From positions 2,096-66,095 of the forward strand of contig DASCSS010000010.1 of the NCBI GenBank assembly GCA_034399535.1: a DNA stretch of 64,000 bases. The letters run 5' to 3'. Of this stretch, positions 57,554 to 64,000 are shown in pieces; position 1 is the first letter of the stretch; every line of letters begins with the position of its first letter. The notes under the pieces were generated by a model, which saw only the letters and a list, made by a program, of their open reading frames with translations, was not told the DNA's origin and ran no database searches. The stretch is from Candidatus Thalassarchaeaceae archaeon. GTDB lineage: Archaea; Thermoplasmatota; Poseidoniia; Poseidoniales; Thalassarchaeaceae. A program made the translations under genes and the position numbers.

Positions 57554-58650
57554 TCTCCAAGGAAGCCCCCCATCAGCCCCAGATCACAAATCACCAGCAT
57601 AGCTACTGCTTCGACTACCGGTGCTGCGCGTGGGCCTATCACTGGGTCATGTCGGCCTCCTACCTTTAGGGAGCGAATCTCATTACTGGGCAGATGCAAA
57701 GTCAATTGCTCCCTTGGAAGGCTACTGGGAGGTTTAAAGTGGATTAAAACACGTATAGGAGCTCCGGTTGACCTCCCTCCTAGGGACCCATCGGCAGAGC
57801 CGGATTCTGAGCCTTCCAAAGTTGGTGAATCGGGGCTGGGCAACCACATGTCATTATGCTCAGAGCCACGCATCAGGGATGAAGCCGCCCCATGTGAAAA
57901 TTCAACCGCCCTAGCACCTGGAATAGACATTAATCCCCTAGCTAGAGATGGCTCAATTCCATCGAACCAAGGCTCGCCAACGCCAATTGGGAGACCCTGA
58001 ATCAGGAGCTCGACGGACGAACCTATGGTGTCTTTGTCCTTCCTAACAGAATCGATATGTTCCGACATTGCTGATGCGGCTTCTGGATCGAGGCAATTTA
58101 GCCTTATCATGTCAGATTCGAATGCCGCTGTAGAATTTTCGCCCAATTCCATGAGAGGTCGGGCGGAGATATTCCCAACGCTATGCAAGTGAGCCCTGCA
58201 GGTCCATCCAGATTTGTCAAGTAGGGCACGTGCTTGACTACCTGCTGCAACCAAGCCAAGTGTGAGTCTCGCTGATTGGGAGCCTCCGCCTCGGGGATCA
58301 TTATGTCCTTCGGAACGAATCATCTCCACCATGTCTGCATGTCCAGGACGAGGATGGTCTGGGAGAAACGAGTAATCGGAAGATTTGGCATCGTTATTCC
58401 TGGATAGCAACAGGATTGGCCAACCAGTGGCCTTTCCCTCGTGCATTCCAGATAGTATCTCACAATCATCGAGCTCGGAGCGAGATGAAAGTCCCCGCCT
58501 TCCTGGCTTCCTCAAAGAAAGGTCCCTGGCTAGGGCCTGTGAATCAATTGGGGTCCCTGGTGGGATTCCTTCCACGAGGGCACCCACACAATTCCCATGA
58601 CTCTCACCGAATATTGTGACCTTGAGGTTGTCACCCAGGTTCATCCCCAT
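57544..58650 (-). CDS. aroC: Chorismate synthase
   Basis: FGESHG, PRPGHAD, RGSEHND, FKPPSS, GGRHDPVI. Confidence 0.94.
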   Translation of the reverse strand: MGMNLGDNLKVTIFGESHGNCVGALVEGIPPGTPIDSQALARDLSLRKPGRRGLSSRSELDDCEILSGMHEGKATGWPILLLSRNNDAKSSDYSFLPDHPRPGHADMVEMIRSEGHNDPRGGGSQSARLTLGLVAAGSQARALLDKSGWTCRAHLHSVGNISARPLMELGENSTAAFESDMIRLNCLDPEAASAMSEHIDSVRKDKDTIGSSVELLIQGLPIGVGEPWFDGIEPSLARGLMSIPGARAVEFSHGAASSLMRGSEHNDMWLPSPDSPTLEGSESGSADGSLGGRSTGAPIRVLIHFKPPSSLPREQLTLHLPSNEIRSLKVGGRHDPVIGPRAAPVVEAVAMLVICDLGLMGGFLGDQA

Positions 58651-59510
58651 TAGTAGGCCTCCTCAATAACAGATTCAGGAGCAGAGAAGTGGGTAATTAT
58701 CACATCCATTTCCATATCTGAAAGGACTGCGTGCAAAGCTTCCCTGTCAGCCTCATAGCATACTAATGCAATCGCGGGACCCGAACCACTTACTCCAGCG
58801 GCGATTGCTCCCGATGCAATGGACAAGTTGCTAATCCTAAGACCTTTGAAGTCATCTGTAGCAGCAGAAACTGCCATTCCATTTACAGAAAGTGCTTCTA
58901 GTGGGGAGCCGTTGATTATGGAAGCCATGGCCCTTTCAAAGAGTTGAGATTGGGCTAAGAATGCAGCTCGGGATACTTCCAAATCTCTCCTTCCACGTAG
59001 CCCTATCAGAACTGCCATCCCCAAATCCATTTCCCCTTCTAGCAATATCGATTCCGTGGCTGTCTTTTCTGGGTCAACTAGTTTCCATCCATGACTAAGT
59101 GAGGCCCATACATCATCCAAGCTACCCGTCACAGTGCAATTTGCTACCCTCTGTGCTTGGACTGCTAAATCTGCAATCTCGAAATCTGATAGCCCGGTCC
59201 ATGCGAAATTGTTCAATGCTCTCATTGCTGCACAGGATAACGCTGAGCTTGACTTGAGTCCCTGGCCTATGGGAATCTCGCTTTCTACTTCCCAAAAGAA
59301 ATTTTTCGGAGGAGGGAATCCCTCGGAAATCCAGGTTGATAACACCGCTTCTAAAAGGCCATGCTTATCATCTGGGACCTCTGATGGCTCTCCTTCAACA
59401 ATAGAGGCCTTTGTGCCAATTTCCAAACCAACTGAACAGCCCTTGCCCAATCCCAACGCATGTAGGATGGAGATTGCGCCATTCGCCCTCCCATAACCTA
59501 GAATCGTCAT
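58650..59510 (-). CDS. aroK: Archaeal shikimate kinase (GHMP family)
   Basis: GAISILHALGLGKG, IPIGQGLKSSSA, TVTGSLDD, GVSGSGPA. Confidence 0.9.
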   Translation of the reverse strand: MTILGYGRANGAISILHALGLGKGCSVGLEIGTKASIVEGEPSEVPDDKHGLLEAVLSTWISEGFPPPKNFFWEVESEIPIGQGLKSSSALSCAAMRALNNFAWTGLSDFEIADLAVQAQRVANCTVTGSLDDVWASLSHGWKLVDPEKTATESILLEGEMDLGMAVLIGLRGRRDLEVSRAAFLAQSQLFERAMASIINGSPLEALSVNGMAVSAATDDFKGLRISNLSIASGAIAAGVSGSGPAIALVCYEADREALHAVLSDMEMDVIITHFSAPESVIEEAY

Positions 59511-60442
59511 TTTTCGGACATCCTCCCGTCAATTGGGAGTCCGATGTGTCTTGCTCGATTATCCCTGAAAACTGATATTTCATCTCCCGAATTTGCCTCA
59601 GTCACCGATAAATGGCTGCCATCAGGTGTGACAAATCGAACTGTTTCGGCATGCTGCACGGTTGTCTGGCCTTCATCTATGTCACCTTGGAATCTGACCA
59701 GTAGAAGTGGTCGGACCTCTATCTTCAAACGCCCAATTATCGCGCTTCCCTCGATACCCGAACATGAGAGTATTGCAACTTCGTCCCCGGAAGAAAGCTC
59801 GTGGAGGTACTTTGTTTTCCCATCGGCCATCAACACATAGGAATGGATGGCTCCTGCATTCACTCTGAAAGGCCTAGTTGGAACAAATTCGGATGGGACT
59901 GTCTCGCCGTGTATGATGCAAAGCATCCCTGCGATTGAGCCAATTGCCATTCCTTGTCCTTTCTCCAATCGTCGAGTAAGATCGATGCAGACTCGCTCAC
60001 CAATTCCTCCGTTAACTACTGAGGATATTTGCGCGACCTCAGAATAGTCTGACATCTGCTTATCAGTCCCGGATATTGGGTTCTTGTCGCCCGCAATCGT
60101 TGTTGCAGCTTCAAGCAAATCTTCTCCAACCAAAATGGCATCAGCTCCGAATTCAAGTGCAAAGGCCGCCCCGTTGAGATCCATCTCTGCATTCACTTCG
60201 ACTGCAATCCTAGTTCCGGAGTCCCTTGATGAAGCCACGAGGTTTTCCAATGGGATCATTCGCCAATCCGAGCACTTGGCCAATACCCATGGAACCATTC
60301 CCATCATTGAAATGGCCTCGTCCTGACTCCTATGATCTCCCATATCAACTACGGCAACATCCGGAGCCTTGCCCGTCCATATCCGATCGACATACGTATC
60401 TACGGCAGTATTGCCGTTCTCTGAGTTCAACCAAACCTCCAT
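59507..60442 (-). CDS. aroB': 3-dehydroquinate synthase II (archaeal)
   Basis: DWRMIPLENLVA, GERVCID, RPFRVNAGAIHSY, GRLKIEVRPL, QHAETVR, ARHIG. Confidence 0.92.
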   Translation of the reverse strand: MEVWLNSENGNTAVDTYVDRIWTGKAPDVAVVDMGDHRSQDEAISMMGMVPWVLAKCSDWRMIPLENLVASSRDSGTRIAVEVNAEMDLNGAAFALEFGADAILVGEDLLEAATTIAGDKNPISGTDKQMSDYSEVAQISSVVNGGIGERVCIDLTRRLEKGQGMAIGSIAGMLCIIHGETVPSEFVPTRPFRVNAGAIHSYVLMADGKTKYLHELSSGDEVAILSCSGIEGSAIIGRLKIEVRPLLLVRFQGDIDEGQTTVQHAETVRFVTPDGSHLSVTEANSGDEISVFRDNRARHIGLPIDGRMSEK

Positions 60443-60445
60443 GTT

Positions 60446-61264
60446 TCACTCCAGATACCGACAGGCTTCGGACGCAGTGGCGCCATCATGAACGATTGCC
60501 CTAAGTGCCCTGACATGAGAGACCGGGTCTTCAGTTCCGAAAACATGCCGTCCAATACAAACACCGGAGCCCCCGGCAATGATTGAGCTCTCGACCATTT
60601 CTAGTAGAGTAGGGAAGGGTTCATTCTTCGGCCCGCCAGAAACCAATACAGGAATTGGAACCGCAGAAGAGACGAGTCGGAAGGAGTCCTCGGAACCAGT
60701 CCAAGGAACCTTGACCACGTTGCACCCCAGCTCCCACGCGAGGCGTGCAGCATGGGCGATTCCCATTGTAGAGTCAGAGGGATCAGTTGAGAGGTTTTCC
60801 CCCCGGGGGTAAAACATCCCCAAAACAGGAATGCCATGCTCGTGAGACTCGGAGGTTATTCTAGAGAATCGCTCAATCATTTCAGGCTCTGCGGCATCCC
60901 CAAGATTGACTTGCGCAGAAACCCCCAAAGCCCCTCTTGCTAAGCACTCCGAAGCGCTCGCAACGAGAACCTTGTCCTGAATTCGGGGACCTCCATGGAT
61001 GGTTGAGACAGATACGTGACACACGAATCGTCCCCAACCAGTCCTTGCCACGTGGTGGGTAACTGCCCCCTTATGCAGAACTATGGCATCGGCACCACCT
61101 TCTATCGCTGCGTCCACAGCGATATTGACATCTTCCAACCCTCGGACGGGGAATTCTGATGCACCATGGTCCATAGGAATCCAAACTCCTTTTCCTCCGG
61201 GGAGGAGGGTCTCCAACCTACCCGCTAGGACTTCGGCCATGCATGCTCGCCGGTGTTCCATCAC
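60446..61264 (-). CDS. aroA': 2-amino-3,7-dideoxy-D-threo-hept-6-ulosonate synthase (DhnA-type class I aldolase)
   Basis: PMDHG, GADAIVLHKG, MFYPRG, Schiff-base Lys in NVVKV, VSGGPK, IGRHVF; directly upstream of aroB'. Confidence 0.85.
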   Translation of the reverse strand: MMEHRRACMAEVLAGRLETLLPGGKGVWIPMDHGASEFPVRGLEDVNIAVDAAIEGGADAIVLHKGAVTHHVARTGWGRFVCHVSVSTIHGGPRIQDKVLVASASECLARGALGVSAQVNLGDAAEPEMIERFSRITSESHEHGIPVLGMFYPRGENLSTDPSDSTMGIAHAARLAWELGCNVVKVPWTGSEDSFRLVSSAVPIPVLVSGGPKNEPFPTLLEMVESSIIAGGSGVCIGRHVFGTEDPVSHVRALRAIVHDGATASEACRYLE

Positions 61265-61299
61265 TTGAAAGGTCTCGTTTTCCCCCTTCTGTGGAATTT

Positions 61300-61318
61300 C
61301 CGCTCCCGTAGGGAGCGG
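61300..61318. repeat. Palindrome CCGCTCCC-GTA-GGGAGCGG
   Basis: Perfect 8-bp stem directly after the xth stop. Confidence 0.6.
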
Positions 61319-62101
61319 TCAGAAGTCCATGTCCACAATCACGGGTGCGTGGTCGGAGACAACTAGACCACCCTCACGCATTACCTCTGCAGATTTCATC
61401 ATGGACCTAGCTATTGGATTTGCTAGAATGTAATCTATCCTCCATCCTCTGTCTCTCTCCCTAGCTCGACGAAAGTTCGACCACCAGGAATAGGGGCCTT
61501 TCATTGCGCCAACGTGGATTCGCAGCAAATCGTGCCAACCGCTTGCCAGCATTCGATCGAACCACTCTCTTTCGTGCTCAAGGAAACCCGATGTGCGCTT
61601 ATTCCCAACTGGGTCCCAAATGTCATCCTCAGTATGAGCAATGTTCAGGTCTCCACACAGTAAGGCAGGATCTGGAGATTTGACAAATTGCTGACTCCAG
61701 AGGAGCATGTCCTCGAGCCATTGATCCTTGTACTGCTGGCGCTCATCTCTGGAGGAACCGTTCGGCAGGTACATGTTGATGCAACTCAAGCTATCGTGCT
61801 TGGTCACCAAGACTCTGCCTTCTGGATCTCGAGACTCATCGAGGTCAGTGTCTATCCCCCTCCCGATCTCGGACATCCCAATCCTGGAACATGACATTAC
61901 GCCCGAATACCCCTTCTTTTGTGCGGGGTGCCAAATTACCTCATAACCCTCTGGCTGGGGCCAATCCTTCGGCATCTGCTCAGGCAGGGCTCGGACTTCC
62001 TGGAAGAGCATGACATCGGCATCGATACGCTCAATGAACTCAACAAGCCCCTTTCGATGGGCGGCCCGAATCCCATTCAGGTTCCAAGTGACGACTCGCA
62101 C
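61319..62101 (-). CDS. xth: Exodeoxyribonuclease III (AP endonuclease)
   Basis: TWNLNGIRA, FQEVR, YLPNG, CGDLNIAH, GWRIDY, SDHAP. Confidence 0.95.
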   Translation of the reverse strand: MRVVTWNLNGIRAAHRKGLVEFIERIDADVMLFQEVRALPEQMPKDWPQPEGYEVIWHPAQKKGYSGVMSCSRIGMSEIGRGIDTDLDESRDPEGRVLVTKHDSLSCINMYLPNGSSRDERQQYKDQWLEDMLLWSQQFVKSPDPALLCGDLNIAHTEDDIWDPVGNKRTSGFLEHEREWFDRMLASGWHDLLRIHVGAMKGPYSWWSNFRRARERDRGWRIDYILANPIARSMMKSAEVMREGGLVVSDHAPVIVDMDF

Positions 62102-62110
62102 GGGGGGGGC

Positions 62111-64000
62111 TCACTGAGAGAGGTCTTTGACTTTCTCGACTAGATCCATCCTGCTGATTCTCCACATTCCGTATGGAGTGAGAAATACTGAGATGAGAAC
62201 AACGATGCCGACAAGTTGTGCTGCAACCATGAAATCAGACTTCACAGTGAGATAGAATGCCCATTGGACAAATGTAGAGATTAATGCTTGAGTGCCAAAT
62301 ATGGTGAAAATGGTGGCGAGAATGCCGCCTATCAAACCAATAGCGATATGTTCGCCCAACATCATCCCACCTATTCTGTTGATTGGAGCACCAAGCACTC
62401 TTAGTGTCGCAATCTCTACGTCTCGTTCTGCAAGATTCATGATCAGAGTATTGAATAAAACAACAATTGCAATGATTATTCCAAGCGCAAGAATTGAATG
62501 GAACATTGCTTTTTGCTGTTCTAGAATAGACTCAAAGGCTTTGATTAAGTCCTCTTTTTGAGTAACTCCGAGTGAGATTTCACCCAATTCACTGTCGACT
62601 TCGACTCCCTCCGGCAAATCAATCAAAACAGAGGTCGCTTCGATTCCCACTACGGGTACTAAATCTTGACGATGGAAGTATACGGTTCGCGACACTTCCC
62701 CTTGAGTGATGCCGGTTATCTCAATATCCAACGAAGTTGAGCCAAACATAATCGTCTGAGTTTGTCCAATTTGCCAGTCGAGGAAGTGTTGTAATCCCTC
62801 ATCAACCAGTACCTGTGTGACTTCAGAATTAGCAACAGGGAGTGCACCTTCTTTGAGATCTAAAACTATCATGGAATTATCATTAGTAGATACCGTATCC
62901 AAACCATAGGTCAAGAGGTACCTCATATCTCCCTCTGGGTTAGCTGGGAAAACTAGCATCGACTCATGAGATGCACCTCTCTCATCAGCCCATTCATTCA
63001 CTGCCTCCTCTCCTCCAAAGGGAACAACAACTTGAGCGTCCCAATTCTGGTTATTCTCAACATTGCCAACTACAGCATCTTCCATTGTACCAAGCATCAG
63101 TGTCATACTGCCAAAGATTAGCATTGACAGGCCGACAGAAATGAATGTGAAGGCTAGTCTAGTTGGTTTTCTGATGCTGGACCTGATAGTTAGGCCTACT
63201 GTGGAAGGTAATCTCGAAGTTAACTTCTGTAGGCCTCGAGACGAGAGCCTGATCTGGTGTTGGCCTCGCATGATTTCCAGAGGTTGTAGTCTAGAGGCTT
63301 GTATCGCTGGAAGAATCCCAGAAAACAAAACAATTAACATCGCGATTCCAGAAATTTGCAGTAGGATTGGCGTGACATCTGCAGGTTCAATAATTGGAAT
63401 CCCCAGTATTCTTTCATACATACTCAGCATGGCTGGAGCGCCCAGAAATACTCCAAGGATTGTACCAAATAAGCATCCTATCGAACCTATGATGATGGGC
63501 ATCAAGATGTATCCCGGAATAATCGCATTTCGTGGGATCCCAAGTGTTCGCAATATTGCAATCTCTCTAGCCTGAGATTGTACCAATCTCTGAAGGCTCA
63601 AGAAGATGGTTATTCCAGCAACTATTGCGATCATTGCAGTAACTGGAACATACATCGACATCGCACCTTCGGCATCGGTACGAAGCAATTCTACAGATTC
63701 GAGTCCTGAACGACTGTAAACCAATGAGGGTGAATCATCGATTTCTTGCATGGTGGAGTCGATATTTCCGATAATTGAACTGAGTTCTTCACCTTCGACT
63801 TCAGTGGTAGTCTGTGAGTCATATTCCGGGGTCCCAACTATGTCGATGAGTAGAAGATTGGCCGAACCTGAACTGAGGTTTCCTAACCTCTCAAGGCCCC
63901 CTGCAGTCAAATATCCAGTAGCAAATGTTCCGGGTTCGGAGGGAAATAATGAGCCACTCTGGGCAAAGTACAGATGATTTGAATGGAGACCAATCCCCAC
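62111..64000 (-). CDS. ABC transporter permease, FtsX/MacB family with two FtsX domains (5'-truncated)
   Basis: QAREIAILRTLG and ERDVEIATLRVLGA FtsX-like motifs, each followed by TM helices. Confidence 0.88.
   Translation of the reverse strand: MGIGLHSNHLYFAQSGSLFPSEPGTFATGYLTAGGLERLGNLSSGSANLLLIDIVGTPEYDSQTTTEVEGEELSSIIGNIDSTMQEIDDSPSLVYSRSGLESVELLRTDAEGAMSMYVPVTAMIAIVAGITIFLSLQRLVQSQAREIAILRTLGIPRNAIIPGYILMPIIIGSIGCLFGTILGVFLGAPAMLSMYERILGIPIIEPADVTPILLQISGIAMLIVLFSGILPAIQASRLQPLEIMRGQHQIRLSSRGLQKLTSRLPSTVGLTIRSSIRKPTRLAFTFISVGLSMLIFGSMTLMLGTMEDAVVGNVENNQNWDAQVVVPFGGEEAVNEWADERGASHESMLVFPANPEGDMRYLLTYGLDTVSTNDNSMIVLDLKEGALPVANSEVTQVLVDEGLQHFLDWQIGQTQTIMFGSTSLDIEITGITQGEVSRTVYFHRQDLVPVVGIEATSVLIDLPEGVEVDSELGEISLGVTQKEDLIKAFESILEQQKAMFHSILALGIIIAIVVLFNTLIMNLAERDVEIATLRVLGAPINRIGGMMLGEHIAIGLIGGILATIFTIFGTQALISTFVQWAFYLTVKSDFMVAAQLVGIVVLISVFLTPYGMWRISRMDLVEKVKDLSQ

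Noticed and set aside
1..64000. tRNA/rRNA genes, transposases, integrases, viral genes
   Set aside because: Intergenic gaps are short and no cloverleaf, rRNA or mobile-element motifs were recognised by eye; tRNAscan/Infernal would be the decisive test

Overview
Gene-dense archaeal chromosome segment. It carries TBP, archaeal-type RibB/RibL, the alternative AroA'/AroB' shikimate entry, an HTH_10 regulator and GGTGA/GGAGG ribosome-binding sites. This gene set, together with the many acidic PKD/lipoprotein surface proteins and S8 proteases, best fits Marine Group II Euryarchaeota (Poseidoniales); that assignment is an inference. Housekeeping genes: cysS, ileS, nadE, tbp, mvk, nth, xth, trxB, bcp, riboflavin and shikimate operons, Na+-PPase. 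It also has beta-oxidation electron-transfer genes, a MoxR/DUF58 operon and a molybdenum-enzyme neighbourhood (moeB, mocA-like, xdhC, HTH_10 regulator, a three-gene hcrCAB-like operon). Main oddities: (1) a 1254-aa secreted subtilase fused in frame to an AmpG-like MFS permease, between a GHMP kinase and a glutaredoxin; (2) a 4-hydroxybenzoyl-CoA-reductase-like Mo-flavo-FeS enzyme; (3) a zinc-ribbon-fused E1alpha/beta 2-oxoacid dehydrogenase behind an AT-rich repeat tract; (4) a TBP with a ~53-aa acidic insertion; (5) an IleRS with GIHH instead of HIGH; (6) recurring C-GTA-G triloop palindromes at gene junctions. No rRNA, tRNA, CRISPR array or transposase was recognised. All calls come from reading motifs by eye; no searches were run.
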